From assembly GCA_015493225.1 (NCBI GenBank), contig WGDO01000032.1:1-58234 (forward strand): 58,234 nt of DNA, in the 5' to 3' direction. Shown here one piece after another: positions 29,069 through 39,352 of the stretch; position 1 is the stretch's first letter, and the number at the start of each line of letters is the position of its first letter. The stretch is from Patescibacteria group bacterium. GTDB taxonomy: Bacteria > Patescibacteriota > Minisyncoccia > Moranbacterales > DUUL01. Made by a program: the position numbers and the translations under genes. The notes below the pieces were generated by a model that was given only the letters and a program-made list of their open reading frames with translations, did no database searches and was not told the DNA's origin.

Positions 29069-30073
29069 TTAAACCAGCCCCAATAATTCTAGCCTAAGAG
29101 CATCAACATTCTCCGGATGTTTAAGCTCTGCAATAGCTGCCTGTACTTTTTTGGCTAAAGCTTTTCTTTTTAGAGGATTGCCTTTCATATAAAATTGGAC
29201 ACTGCGAGTATAACCAAAATTTATGGTATCAAAGCCAAACTTCTCATAGTTTTTGATAAAGTCTGGTAGCTCATCTAGGTTTCGCAAAAGCAAAGTCATA
29301 TGACCAATAATATTTAAATCTGTCCCCAGGAGTTCTTTTTGCTTTTTAATCTTTTGAATATTTTCCAAAACCCGCTCCCAATTAGAACCACGATTAATGG
29401 CTTCGTGAGTTTCTTTAGTAGAGGCATTAAGAGAGATATGTACAAACTCCGAATGACGAGCAATCTTTTCCGCCCAAATATCATTAACCAAAGTGCAATT
29501 GGTTATCAGGTTTATTTTTTTACCCTGGGAGGTGGCATGATCAAAAAATTGGTTAGCTTCTTTTATAAATAAAGATTCACCACCCTGGGAGTCAATAGAT
29601 TCAAAAGGGCGAAGGTCAATATTTTTTTTCATTACATCCATACTCAGTACTTGCTTGGCATTGCTATTTTGATGACACATCACACAGTTAAGATTACATT
29701 TTTCCGAGAATAACATTCTTAATTTTTTCATTTTGCCATAATCAGCTTTTGGTTTTTTGTTAAAATCCGGCTTGATTTTATCTTTCTTTAAAAGACGACA
29801 ATTTTTGTAACATTTCAATTTTCCATTTAAAGAATCCCGACGCATTTGTTGGTAGGTTTCACTGTTACAAATTTCCGTTAGGGTATTGTGATATAAATTA
29901 CCAACTTCCTGGGGTCGTTCACAGCAAGGGAAAACAGCTCCGTCTTCCACAATAAAAAACTCTTCCCATAATTTAGGGCAAAAAGTATGTTTAGTTGGTT
30001 TAGTATCTTCTTTGAAATTATGCTCCAACTCCTCAGCAAAAGAAGTGGAACAATTTGTGGTACATTTTGACAT
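29069..30073 (-). CDS. radical SAM protein with N-terminal SPASM-like domain
   Basis: CNLNCVMC and GGE; N-terminal C...DGAVFPCC...GNL...CYKNC. Confidence 0.85.
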   Translation of the reverse strand: MSKCTTNCSTSFAEELEHNFKEDTKPTKHTFCPKLWEEFFIVEDGAVFPCCERPQEVGNLYHNTLTEICNSETYQQMRRDSLNGKLKCYKNCRLLKKDKIKPDFNKKPKADYGKMKKLRMLFSEKCNLNCVMCHQNSNAKQVLSMDVMKKNIDLRPFESIDSQGGESLFIKEANQFFDHATSQGKKINLITNCTLVNDIWAEKIARHSEFVHISLNASTKETHEAINRGSNWERVLENIQKIKKQKELLGTDLNIIGHMTLLLRNLDELPDFIKNYEKFGFDTINFGYTRSVQFYMKGNPLKRKALAKKVQAAIAELKHPENVDALRLELLGLV

Positions 30074-30081
30074 AAGCTTAA

Positions 30082-30233
30082 TAAATTTTAAATTTTAAGT
30101 TTTAAATTTTAATTCAATTATTTTATTTTTAAATTTTTAAATGAATATTGTTATTTTAAATATTTATTCTAGAGCCTTTAATCATTTATTAATTTAAAAT
30201 TGAATTAAAATTTACAAATTACAAATTAAAATT
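30082..30233. mobile_element. degenerate heptamer-TIR MITE-like element
   Basis: Right end TTGAATTAAAATTTACAAATTACAAATTAAAATT identical to the 17196 copy; left end is (AATTTTA)n. Confidence 0.6.
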
Positions 30234-30325
30234 ATGTAAGACATATTATAATAACACACTTCTAATAAAAAAGCAACCCCCAGCACCGATAATACAAGTG
30301 CTGAGGGCGAGACCGAGGTCCCTGG

Positions 30326-30925
30326 TTAGTCGCAGGACCTAAGCCATGGCCCGAAGACCATATCCGGTTCCCAATTTTTTGTTGGGATTGGAGGGGTAGG
30401 CCTGCTAATTAAAGTAATAATATTGCCCCAAGCTTCTCCCTTGGTCGGAGGACACTGTTTGCCAATATTATCATAGCAACGAATGCCTACGTGGCCCCAT
30501 TGGCCATCTTTTTCTCCAGGGTGAGAAGTCTTGTCTGTTCTCCATGCCACGGAGAAATTTACATCTTGCTTGGTGGAGCAAATAGGAATACCTTTTGCAA
30601 TTTTCTCTTCGACTTTTTTTGGGTCTCTGGCAGGAGCATTTTGAAAAGAAACCCAAACAAGTTTTCCGTCTGCTCGTTGAACCTGTGCCCACACTTTTTT
30701 GTCTCCTGCACTTCCCCAGGCATTTTCCGGCACAGGGTGTATCCAGGTTGACGAAGTGGCTTTTTTTGCCACAGTTGAATTTTTAACCCACGGGGGAGTT
30801 TTCGTTACCCCGTGGATAACCTGCATTTTTACCTCCCGTGGAGCAATTGGTTGCTCTGCAACAGCAAAGGTGGTTATGCCCAGAATAATAAACAGGACAG
30901 ATAATAATACCGTAATCTTTTTCAT
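30326..30925 (-). CDS. secreted orphan protein
   Basis: Signal peptide (MKKITVLL...AVA), SD GGAGG, own promoter. Confidence 0.7.
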   Translation of the reverse strand: MKKITVLLSVLFIILGITTFAVAEQPIAPREVKMQVIHGVTKTPPWVKNSTVAKKATSSTWIHPVPENAWGSAGDKKVWAQVQRADGKLVWVSFQNAPARDPKKVEEKIAKGIPICSTKQDVNFSVAWRTDKTSHPGEKDGQWGHVGIRCYDNIGKQCPPTKGEAWGNIITLISRPTPPIPTKNWEPDMVFGPWLRSCD

Positions 30926-31051
30926 CTTTTTTCCTCCAAAGAATTGATGAAAATAATCTTTTCCCCTCTATCACCCGACAGCAACAACGCTGACGGAGAG
31001 GGGAGTTAATGTACAAACTCTCAGTGACTTGCAATATCACTGAGATATTTT

Positions 31052-31079
31052 ATTGTATCACCTTGACAAAACTTGTCAA
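31052..31079 (-). promoter_or_regulatory. sigma70 promoter (extended -10)
   Basis: TTGACA-N16-TACAAT with TG on the minus strand. Confidence 0.65.
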
Positions 31080-31095
31080 GGAGATATTAGGAAAA

Positions 31096-31746
31096 TCAGT
31101 AATGTCCAACAAACTGATTTCCGTAGATATCCCCATTATTTCCAGGTGTGCCTGGCGGGGGAAGTTGCATTGAGGTTATGACCTGATTAAGTCCAGGCCA
31201 TTCGTTCTCTGTTGCCCAGCTCCGCTCGTCGTAGCTGGTAACTAGGATATGCCAAGCATCGGCATACCAAGCCACCGCTACGGAATACCTGTAATTTTTT
31301 TTGTGGTACTTTGAAATACTGCGATACACCACAATCCGATCAGGGTCAACAAACCCTTTAAACAGATAATGACCAGCAGGCTTTTGATAAACCTCCCAAT
31401 CCTCCTGACCAGGGATTCTACGTGCCCAAGATAATAAGGATTGATATTCACCTATCACCTGATAAATCTTAGTCCAATTTTCCTTTTCGGGCTTAGAAAG
31501 ACCCGAATAGGAAGTAATCACGGTTCTAGCGATACCGTGATACTTTACTAACATCACAGTATAATCATATCCCTTCGAATGATGATCGGTTTTTTCCCTG
31601 AAAATCGGCGTTCGACTGCCAGCCTGAATTGCCGGCATAAAGATTACAAAATTGTTTCCAGCCTGGGCCATTCGTACTGACATGACCCCAAACAGTATAG
31701 TTCCCCCAAATACAAATATCAGGAGGAATAAAGCTAGTTTTCTCAT
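31096..31746 (-). CDS. secreted orphan protein with internal repeat
   Basis: Signal peptide (..MAQA), SD GAGGTG; two similar segments (HHSKGYDYTV..VITSY / YHKKNYRYSV..LVTSY). Confidence 0.7.
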   Translation of the reverse strand: MRKLALFLLIFVFGGTILFGVMSVRMAQAGNNFVIFMPAIQAGSRTPIFREKTDHHSKGYDYTVMLVKYHGIARTVITSYSGLSKPEKENWTKIYQVIGEYQSLLSWARRIPGQEDWEVYQKPAGHYLFKGFVDPDRIVVYRSISKYHKKNYRYSVAVAWYADAWHILVTSYDERSWATENEWPGLNQVITSMQLPPPGTPGNNGDIYGNQFVGHY

Positions 31747-31816
31747 AACGCACCTCTTTCTTTTTTGAATTTTTTATATGAACATCCCAGTAATCCTGCA
31801 TTACTGAGAATGCTTA

Positions 31817-31844
31817 ATCATAGCATAAAAATAGAAAAAGTCAA
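31817..31844 (-). promoter_or_regulatory. sigma70 promoter (extended -10)
   Basis: TTGACT-N16-TATGAT with TG on the minus strand. Confidence 0.6.
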
Positions 31845-31926
31845 GGGTTTTTGACATAATCCGGTGTGCTTTTAGACAAATAATAAAGTAATTTTTATAA
31901 AAAAAGCAACTAAAAAACTATTTCTT

Positions 31927-31980
31927 AAAAACCCCCCAAAATCTTCGTCCCTCAGATTTTGACCCCCTTTACACAGGGGG
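31927..31980 (+). repeat. REP-like element with short internal hairpin
   Basis: AAAACCCCCCAAA...TTTGACCCCCTTTACACAGGGGG ends shared with 40888 and 55666. Confidence 0.8.
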
Positions 31981-32089
31981 TGGGAGAAGTTGGTTTTTGG
32001 TTGAAAAATTGTGGGGAGGTGGTATACTTTGGGTAGTGTGGAAATGAGACTGTTTAAAAATTTTCGCAAGAATTAAACTATATAAATAA

Positions 32090-32698
32090 ATGAATTGTTG
32101 TAAAAAAATACGAGAAGTATTGAGTAAAAAAATAATCAAATTACTATTGTCTGCGACATTGATTGGGGGCTTGTTTTTTATAGTTGTTATTAGTACACAA
32201 AAACTAAAAGAATTTATTGTTATTAAAAAAGACGAGGTGATTAAAGAAAGTCTAAATGTGGCTGATGATTATATTAAACAAGAGCAAGAGGGAGATTTTA
32301 ACAAATTAAAAAACAAAATTCTCCAAAGTAAGAAAGATGTGGTCGAACTAGATGATTTGTTAACCAAAATAAATAAAAGACGTTGGTTATATTTAACACC
32401 GAAGGAAAAAGACGCTTTGCTGGATACTTCTTGGAAGCTGGAAAAAGATTCTCTAAGAATAGGAAATACCATAATGGTTCATTATAATGATTTGTCTGTT
32501 AATTTATATCCTCGGCGAGATGAAGAAATTATAAAAAAAAGAGAAGAATATTGGGCAATGCAAAAATTGATGGAAAGAACGGTTAGAGATGTGGAAAGAT
32601 TGGTTTACACTCCTCGTCCAAGCAAATGGCAAATGAAAAAACTGGAAGAAAATTTGAAAGAGATTAAAAATAAAATTAACAAAATATCAGTGGAATGA
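32090..32698 (+). CDS. hypothetical membrane-anchored helical protein
   Basis: N-terminal TM followed by charged helices. Confidence 0.6.
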   Translation: MNCCKKIREVLSKKIIKLLLSATLIGGLFFIVVISTQKLKEFIVIKKDEVIKESLNVADDYIKQEQEGDFNKLKNKILQSKKDVVELDDLLTKINKRRWLYLTPKEKDALLDTSWKLEKDSLRIGNTIMVHYNDLSVNLYPRRDEEIIKKREEYWAMQKLMERTVRDVERLVYTPRPSKWQMKKLEENLKEIKNKINKISVE

Positions 32699-32784
32699 AT
32701 TTTGTTTTGAAATAAATATTATCATATCATTGACAAAGTTTGTCAAGAAAAATATACTATAAGTATAAAAATAAAATACATTTT

Positions 32785-33087
32785 ATGAGCAAAGAAGAAA
32801 TTAAAAAAGCTATTTTAAAAAATATCCAAAACAATGAATTCAAAGATGACATTAAAAGTGTTTCATTATTTGGGTCATATGTTTATAACAAAGAAACCAA
32901 GAATAGCGATGTAGATATTTTAATAAGTTTTCATCCACAAGCAACCGTGGGGTTTTTTAAGTTGGCTAAAATAAAAAAAAGTTTAGAAGACTCTATCAAG
33001 AGAGATGTAGACTTAATTACTCCTGAGGCTTTAAGTCAATATTTCAAGCAAGATGTAATTAACAATGTCGAACAAATTTATGCTTAG
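32785..33087 (+). CDS. minimal nucleotidyltransferase (MntA-type antitoxin)
   Basis: LFGSY-X8-SDVDIL and RDVDL; start placed at ATG 32785. Confidence 0.88.
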   Translation: MSKEEIKKAILKNIQNNEFKDDIKSVSLFGSYVYNKETKNSDVDILISFHPQATVGFFKLAKIKKSLEDSIKRDVDLITPEALSQYFKQDVINNVEQIYA

Positions 33088-33421
33088 TAAAAAAGATGTT
33101 GTATATTTAAAACATATTCGTGATGCAATTATAAATATTGAAAATTATTTAAAAGATTGCACCTATACTAAATTAGAAACAAATTCTATGATTCTTGATG
33201 CTGTTGTTAGAAATCTGGAAATTATTGGAGAAGCAACAAATAACCTAAGTGATGATTTTCAAAGTAGTTATTCTGAAATTATTTATTCCGACATAGTTAG
33301 TATGCGTAATTTTTTGATTCATGAATATTTTGGAGTTAATCCAAAGGTTGTTTGGGATACTTACAAGGCAGATCTGCCAACGTTGAAAAAACAAGTTTTA
33401 AATATACTACAACAAAAATAA
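33080..33421 (+). CDS. HEPN/DUF86 RNase (HepT-type toxin)
   Basis: RNLEIIGEA and RNFLIHEY (RX4HXY); overlaps the MNT gene. Confidence 0.9.
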   Translation: MLSKKDVVYLKHIRDAIINIENYLKDCTYTKLETNSMILDAVVRNLEIIGEATNNLSDDFQSSYSEIIYSDIVSMRNFLIHEYFGVNPKVVWDTYKADLPTLKKQVLNILQQK

Positions 33422-33494
33422 GTCGTTACAGTAAAACTGCCCATGCGAGGTGGTTTTTTTGATATTTAAGTGTTAGTGTGGTAGTATGGTAATA

Positions 33495-33541
33495 TAGACA
33501 GTAGACTGGTAGACAGTAGATAGTAGATAGTAGATAGTAGA
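33495..33541 (+). repeat. heptamer tandem array (TAGTAGA)n, ~6 units, partly degenerate
   Basis: Directly visible; reverse complement of the array at 36409-36474. Confidence 0.85.
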
Positions 33542-33560
33542 CGATTAAATTTAAAAACTT

Positions 33561-34619
33561 ATGTTAAACAAACTATTAGGAAAATTTAGCAAAGACATTG
33601 GCATTGACCTGGGAACGGCCAATACTTTAGTTTATGTTAAAGATAAGGGTATTGTTATCAATGAGCCATCGGTGGTAGCCTTGAATAAAAAAACTGGGCA
33701 GATTTTAGCCATTGGTAAAAAAGCCAGAGAGATGGTTGGAAAAACCCCAGCCCACATTATTGTAACTAGGCCATTGGTGGACGGAGTAGTTTCTGATTTT
33801 GAGACAACAGAACAAATGCTTAAATATTTTATTGACAAGGTGCATAAGGATAGTTTTACTCTTTTACCTCGTCCCCGAGTTATAGTGGGAATTCCTTCCG
33901 GCGTTACCGAAGTAGAAAAGAGGGCGGTAATCGATGCTACTATTAATGCCGGTGCCAGGGAGGCTTATTTAATTGACGAACCCATGGCGGCAGCCATCGG
34001 AGCCCGTTTACCAGTACAGGAAGCGGCCGGAAATATGATTGTGGATATTGGCGGAGGAACGACAGAAGTGGCAGTAATTTCTCTGGGAGGAGTAGTGGTT
34101 AGCCGTAGTCTACGAATTGCCGGCGACGAAATGAACGAAGATATTATTCGCTATGCTCGCAATGAACATAATTTACTCTTGGGCGAAAGAACCGCCGAAG
34201 ACACTAAGATTGCTATTGGCAATGCCTACAAAACAGACAAGTCGGAGAGCAAGGAATCGCCAATCAGGGGAAGAGATTTAATCAGTGGCTTGCCGAAAGA
34301 AATTTATATAACGGACGACGAGGCTCGCAAGGCAATATCCCGCTCCATTAAAGTAATCATTAACAATGTTAAATCTGCCGTAGAGGAATCTCCGCCAGAG
34401 TTAGTGGGAGAGATTATGCAGAAGGGAATTATTTTGGCCGGTGGTGGTGGATTGATTGGAGGACTAGATAAACTAATTTCTGAACAAACAGAAATGCCCG
34501 TGCATAAAATGGAAGACCCTTTAACCGCCGTAGTCAGAGGGATTGGAATGGTTCTAGAAAATTTAGATTCTCTAAAGGAAGTCTTGATTGAAACGGGGGA
34601 TGAGAAGAAAATAAAGTAG
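33561..34619 (+). CDS. mreB: rod shape-determining protein MreB
   Basis: IGIDLGTANTL, EPMAAAIGA, DIGGGTTEVAVISLGG. Confidence 0.97.
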   Translation: MLNKLLGKFSKDIGIDLGTANTLVYVKDKGIVINEPSVVALNKKTGQILAIGKKAREMVGKTPAHIIVTRPLVDGVVSDFETTEQMLKYFIDKVHKDSFTLLPRPRVIVGIPSGVTEVEKRAVIDATINAGAREAYLIDEPMAAAIGARLPVQEAAGNMIVDIGGGTTEVAVISLGGVVVSRSLRIAGDEMNEDIIRYARNEHNLLLGERTAEDTKIAIGNAYKTDKSESKESPIRGRDLISGLPKEIYITDDEARKAISRSIKVIINNVKSAVEESPPELVGEIMQKGIILAGGGGLIGGLDKLISEQTEMPVHKMEDPLTAVVRGIGMVLENLDSLKEVLIETGDEKKIK

Positions 34620-34642
34620 ATATAGAGTAGGCTATAAATCAG

Positions 34643-34906
34643 TAGTTCCCCTCCTTTTTAAAGGAGGGGTTAGGGGTGGATTTTCTTTAGTTTCCCCCCT
34701 TTGTAAAGGAGGGGTTAGGGGTGGATTTAGTTTTAAAAAATTCTTAAAATCCCCCCTCAATCCCCCATTTACAAAGGGGGGAAGCTACAGAAATTTCCCC
34801 TCAATCCCCCCCTACAAAGGGGGGAAGCTAATGAATAATCCCCTCTCTATAATAAAAAAGGGGAAAGCTGGAAAACAAACCTCTTTCTACGCAGGGGGTA
34901 TAGCTA
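34643..34906. repeat. cluster of ~6 REP-like units between mreB and mreC
   Basis: Two inverted copies of the 1155-type unit (34643-34732), then four CCCC..TTT/AAA..GGGG-AAGCT-type units. Confidence 0.88.
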
Positions 34907-34919
34907 AATTAAAAATTCC

Positions 34920-35732
34920 ATGCCATTATTTAAAAAACATCAAAAAATTTTCTACACCATATTCATAATTTTAGCGGTGCTGATCGGGACTCGTTTTTTG
35001 GCAGTGGGAAAAAACAAAACAATAACAAATGTATTTTCTATCATAACCAGGCCAGTGGGAACAGTTTTTTCAACCATGGGTTGGTGGACTCATCAAAAAT
35101 TATCCTTTTTTATTAATATCGGCGACTTAAAAAATCAGAATCAAAAACTATTTAATGAAAATTTAACATTGCGTAGCCAAGTCGCCCAACTGGAAGAAAT
35201 AAAAAATGAAAATAATATTTTTAGGGAACAATTAAAACTCGCTCCCAGAGAAAAATATAATTTACTACCAGCTTTAATTATTGGTAGAGAATCAGGAGGA
35301 TATTCGGAAATTGTTTATATTAATAGAGGGCTTGGAGATGGAATAAAAAATAATATGGCAGTTTTAGTGGATAAAGGTGTCTTAATTGGTAGAGTGGTGG
35401 AAGCAGAAAAACACACTGCTAAGGTACGTTTAATTACAGACAAGGACTCTCGTCTAAATGCTCAAATAGTTAATAGCTCCGGCAAGGGATTGATAAAGGG
35501 GCAATTTGGTACCTCAATGATTATGACCATGATTCCCCAGACAGTGAAACTAAATAAAGGTGATACGGTGGTTACGTCCAATCTTAGTAATTATTTTCCG
35601 GAAGGATTATTGGTTGGCTACATCCAGGAAATAACCAGCAGTTCGGATCAACTTTTTCAACAGGCAACTATTTTTTCACCAGTTGATTTTGACAATTTAC
35701 ATTTAGTTTGGGTTTTGTTAGAAGGTAGATAG
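34920..35732 (+). CDS. mreC: rod shape-determining protein MreC
   Basis: TM, coiled coil, INRGLGDGIK, LIGRV, GDTVVTS, FPEGLLVG; follows mreB. Confidence 0.92.
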   Translation: MPLFKKHQKIFYTIFIILAVLIGTRFLAVGKNKTITNVFSIITRPVGTVFSTMGWWTHQKLSFFINIGDLKNQNQKLFNENLTLRSQVAQLEEIKNENNIFREQLKLAPREKYNLLPALIIGRESGGYSEIVYINRGLGDGIKNNMAVLVDKGVLIGRVVEAEKHTAKVRLITDKDSRLNAQIVNSSGKGLIKGQFGTSMIMTMIPQTVKLNKGDTVVTSNLSNYFPEGLLVGYIQEITSSSDQLFQQATIFSPVDFDNLHLVWVLLEGR

Positions 35733-35771
35733 AGGTATTAATTTTAAAGCTTTTCTTCTTACCATAATATT

Positions 35772-36245
35772 ATGAAAAAAAGATACATTTTTCTATTTCT
35801 ATTCCTATTCTTTTTCTTGGATTTTGCTTTTTTGCCAAATTTATTTACCGGACACTGGCGATTTCCATATTTTTTAGCTTCATTTTTAGTTTTACTATTA
35901 ATAAAAAGGAACTTTAGAAAAAATATTTTAGTATTGTTTGTGACTACTTATTTATTAACTATTGTCACCGGAATATCCTGGTGGTTAATGGTTTTAATTT
36001 GGCTGGGCATAGTCGGTTTAATCCTATTTTTAAAGGCAATTTTTTTAGAAAAGAATGTTTCTTTCCGACAAGCCAATTTAATTTTTTTAATTATTATGAC
36101 AATTTATTTTACAGGGATAATAATAATCAATAAATTTTTTATTGCTAGCTCACCTTATTTTACCTATTGGTTTGATTGGATATTTTACTTTCTGCTACTA
36201 ATGTTATTTTTTAATTTTAATTTATGGTTGGAAAATAAATTTTAA
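35772..36245 (+). CDS. mreD: probable rod shape-determining protein MreD
   Basis: 157-aa polytopic membrane protein between mreC and mrdA; call rests on synteny. Confidence 0.65.
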   Translation: MKKRYIFLFLFLFFFLDFAFLPNLFTGHWRFPYFLASFLVLLLIKRNFRKNILVLFVTTYLLTIVTGISWWLMVLIWLGIVGLILFLKAIFLEKNVSFRQANLIFLIIMTIYFTGIIIINKFFIASSPYFTYWFDWIFYFLLLMLFFNFNLWLENKF

Positions 36246-36284
36246 TTATTCAGTTTTGTATTAAAGCTCATTGTTTATTTCCAA

Positions 36285-36402
36285 AGGGAGAAATTATTTC
36301 CTAGCTTCCCCCCTTTGAAAAGGGGGGATTGAGGGGGGATTTTAAAGGTTTATCATCAATCTAAATCCACCCCTAACCCCTCCTTTACAAAGGAGGGGAA
36401 CC
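36285..36402. repeat. two REP-like units between mreD and mrdA
   Basis: ~36285-36346 matches 6734-6796; 36363-36402 matches the 1155-type unit. Confidence 0.88.
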
Positions 36403-36408
36403 AAAAAA

Positions 36409-36474
<66 letters not shown>

Positions 36475-36478
36475 ACCT

Positions 36479-38422
36479 ATGAATCTCAAACGAAGAAAAA
36501 AAATAATCAGTCTAGAAATTGAAAATCCCTTGGATGAAGTATCCTTTACCAGGGAGACCTCGGAAATTATCAAGACTGAAAATACTAACTGGCAATATCG
36601 CGTTTTCTTTTCGATTATTTTTTTATTATTGGGAATATTATTTTTGAGAATGTTCTTTTTGCAAGTTTTAAAAGGAAATTATTATACAAAAGTAGCTAAT
36701 AATAATAGAATTAGAAAAGTGGTTATTAAAGCTCCTCGGGGAATTATTAAAGATGTTAAGGGAGAAGTTTTAGCTAGAAATATTCCTAGTTTTGAATTAA
36801 CTTTTGTGCCGGCTTTTTTACCTAGGGATAATCAAAAATTAGATGATATTTTAAACAAGATAGCGAATTTAACTGGCACTTCCAAAGAAATTCTGTGGCA
36901 AACAATTAACGAACAAAAAAGAACAGACCGCAGAACTTTTCAATTAATAGAACATTTAGATAATGATTTAGCCCTAAGACTTAAAGAGCAAAATAATATT
37001 TTATTAGGTATTGATGTTAGCCAAACCGCCCAGCGAGAGTATAATAAGGGAGAAATTTTTGCTCATGTTATTGGTTATGATGGAAAGGTGAATAAAAAGG
37101 ATTTGGAAAAATATCCCAATTATTTGCTGATTGATTATGTTGGTAAAAATGGACTGGAGGAGACTTATGAAAAATATTTACATGGAAAACATGGGGAGCA
37201 TCGTTATGAGGTAAATGCCCAGGGAAAAATTATTCAAGACCTGGGAGTAGTCGCTCCAACACCTGGCTCAGAATTAATTTTAAATATTGACGCAAAATTA
37301 CAAGAAAAAATTTATCAAGAAGCAGGTAAAATGATGGAGAAAAATAATGATGCCACAGGAGTAGTGGTAGTGGCTATTGATCCACGCGATGGAGCAGTGA
37401 GAGCCTTGGTTAGCTATCCAAGCTTTGATAATAATTTATTTACTAGGGGAATTTCTCAGGAGGTTTATCAAAACTTATTAAATGATTTTCATAAACCTCT
37501 TTTGAATAAAGCAATTTCTGGAACTTATCCTCCCGGTTCAACCTTTAAACCTCTGGTAGCTTGTGCCGCCCTAGAAGAGCATGTAGTTGATGAACACACA
37601 ACGGTAGATTGTCATGGACACATTAATGTTGGAAAGTGGCAATTTCCTGATTGGAAAGCTCATGGAGTAACTGACATTCGTAAAGCTATTGCTGAAAGTT
37701 GTGATGTTTATTTTTATGCCGTTGGAGGAGGATGGCAAAATATTAAAGGGTTGGGAATTGAGCAATTACGACGATACTCTAAATTATTTGGGTTAGGAGA
37801 TTATCTAGGAATAGATTTACCAGGAGAAAAAAAGGGATTGGTGCCGGGTACAACTTGGAAATTTAAGGAGTTGGGAGAAAGATGGTATATTGGAGATACC
37901 TATCACGGATCCATTGGACAAGGATATTTATTAACCACTCCTTTGCAAATGGCCAATGTAACTGCCACCATTGCCAATGGTGGAAAATTATATAGACCTA
38001 GAATAACAAAAGAGATTATTAATCCCTTAACAAAAAAGAAAACAGAAATAAAAAAAGATATTTTAAATGAAAATTTTATTAGTCCAGAGAATATTAAAAT
38101 TGTTCAGGAGGGAATGCGTCAAACCGTTACTGCTGGGTCGGGTAGAGCTTTAAATAATTTAAAAGTACATACAGCCGGTAAGACAGGAACTGCTCAATTT
38201 GGCAATGAAGATAAAACTCATTCTTGGTATGTTTCCTATGGTCCCTATGAAAATCCAGAATTGGCTATGGTTGTTTTGGTAGAAGGAGGCGGAGAAGGGC
38301 ATGAATGGGCTGTCCCCTTGACGAAGGAGGTATATAAGTGGTATTTTGATGAAGGGAGAGGAGCGACACCGATAATTAGCGTTGATATAGATAGAGTGGA
38401 CAAAAAAGATAGTAGCAATTAA
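36479..38422 (+). CDS. mrdA: penicillin-binding protein 2
   Basis: APRGII, GKNGLE, YPPGSTFK (SxxK), SCD and AGKTGTAQ. Confidence 0.94.
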   Translation: MNLKRRKKIISLEIENPLDEVSFTRETSEIIKTENTNWQYRVFFSIIFLLLGILFLRMFFLQVLKGNYYTKVANNNRIRKVVIKAPRGIIKDVKGEVLARNIPSFELTFVPAFLPRDNQKLDDILNKIANLTGTSKEILWQTINEQKRTDRRTFQLIEHLDNDLALRLKEQNNILLGIDVSQTAQREYNKGEIFAHVIGYDGKVNKKDLEKYPNYLLIDYVGKNGLEETYEKYLHGKHGEHRYEVNAQGKIIQDLGVVAPTPGSELILNIDAKLQEKIYQEAGKMMEKNNDATGVVVVAIDPRDGAVRALVSYPSFDNNLFTRGISQEVYQNLLNDFHKPLLNKAISGTYPPGSTFKPLVACAALEEHVVDEHTTVDCHGHINVGKWQFPDWKAHGVTDIRKAIAESCDVYFYAVGGGWQNIKGLGIEQLRRYSKLFGLGDYLGIDLPGEKKGLVPGTTWKFKELGERWYIGDTYHGSIGQGYLLTTPLQMANVTATIANGGKLYRPRITKEIINPLTKKKTEIKKDILNENFISPENIKIVQEGMRQTVTAGSGRALNNLKVHTAGKTGTAQFGNEDKTHSWYVSYGPYENPELAMVVLVEGGGEGHEWAVPLTKEVYKWYFDEGRGATPIISVDIDRVDKKDSSN

Positions 38423-38447
38423 GATGAAAGTAAGTAGTTTGTGTCGC

Positions 38448-38604
38448 AATTTTAAGTTTTAAATTTTAAGTTTTAAATGAATTTTAAATGATTTAGTGAT
38501 AAATTTTAAATATAGTTATAATACTATTCTTTTTTATTTAAAATTGAAACATTTAAAATTGGAATATTGAATTAAAATTTAAAATTTACAAATTAAAATT
38601 AATT
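38448..38604. mobile_element. degenerate heptamer-TIR MITE-like element
   Basis: (AATTTTA)n left end and TTGAATTAAAATTTAAAATTTACAAATTAAAATT right end; ~155 bp. Confidence 0.6.
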
Positions 38605-38621
38605 TTTTAAGAAAAAATTAT

Positions 38622-39341
38622 ATGTCAGGACATAGTAAATGGTCAACCATCAAACACAAAAAAGCGATTAACGATGCCAAACGAGCCAATGTTTTTACCA
38701 AGTATGCCAAAATAATTGAAGTGGCGGCGCGAAATGGTGGCGACCCGGAAATGAATTTTGGTCTTCGGATGGCCATTGATAAGGCTCGTTCAATTAATAT
38801 GCCAAAAGACAACATTGAAAGAGCTATTAAACGAGGAACCGGCGAAGCCAAAGACGGAGTTATTTTGGAAGAAATAACCTACGAAGCCTATGGCCCAGGG
38901 CAGGTTTCTATGTTAATCCAGTGTATTACGGATAATAAAAACAGAACTCTAACCGATGTCAAAACAACCCTAAAAAAGAATAAGGGTAAATTTGTGGAAG
39001 GAGGCGGAGTCAGTTGGCAGTTTGAACAGAAAGGACTAATTGTGGTGGAAGATATCAAACCAGAAGAGCAAGAAAAAATAGAAATGGATATTATTGAAAG
39101 TGGCGCAGATGATTATGAATTTGACGACGAGATGGCGATGATTTACACAAAAGGTAATGAATTAAAAAAGGTACAAGATACTTTGGAGAATGCCGGTCTA
39201 AAAATCACCGAAGCAAAAATAATTTTTGATGCCAAAGATAAAATCTCCGTTTCCGACGAGGAATTGGCAGACCTAGAAAACTTAATAGGATTATTAGAAG
39301 AAAATGACGACGTCTCAGAAGTCTGGACGTCGTTGGAGTAA
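38622..39341 (+). CDS. yebC: YebC/PmpR family protein
   Basis: MSGHSKWSTIKHKK, NMPKDNIERAI, YEAYGPG, TDNKNRT. Confidence 0.95.
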   Translation: MSGHSKWSTIKHKKAINDAKRANVFTKYAKIIEVAARNGGDPEMNFGLRMAIDKARSINMPKDNIERAIKRGTGEAKDGVILEEITYEAYGPGQVSMLIQCITDNKNRTLTDVKTTLKKNKGKFVEGGGVSWQFEQKGLIVVEDIKPEEQEKIEMDIIESGADDYEFDDEMAMIYTKGNELKKVQDTLENAGLKITEAKIIFDAKDKISVSDEELADLENLIGLLEENDDVSEVWTSLE

Positions 39342-39352
39342 GAATTGCTCTC

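Noticed and set aside
32785-33421. MNT-HEPN pair as a novel system
   Set aside because: Matches the well-described MntA/HepT toxin-antitoxin family; listed as features only.
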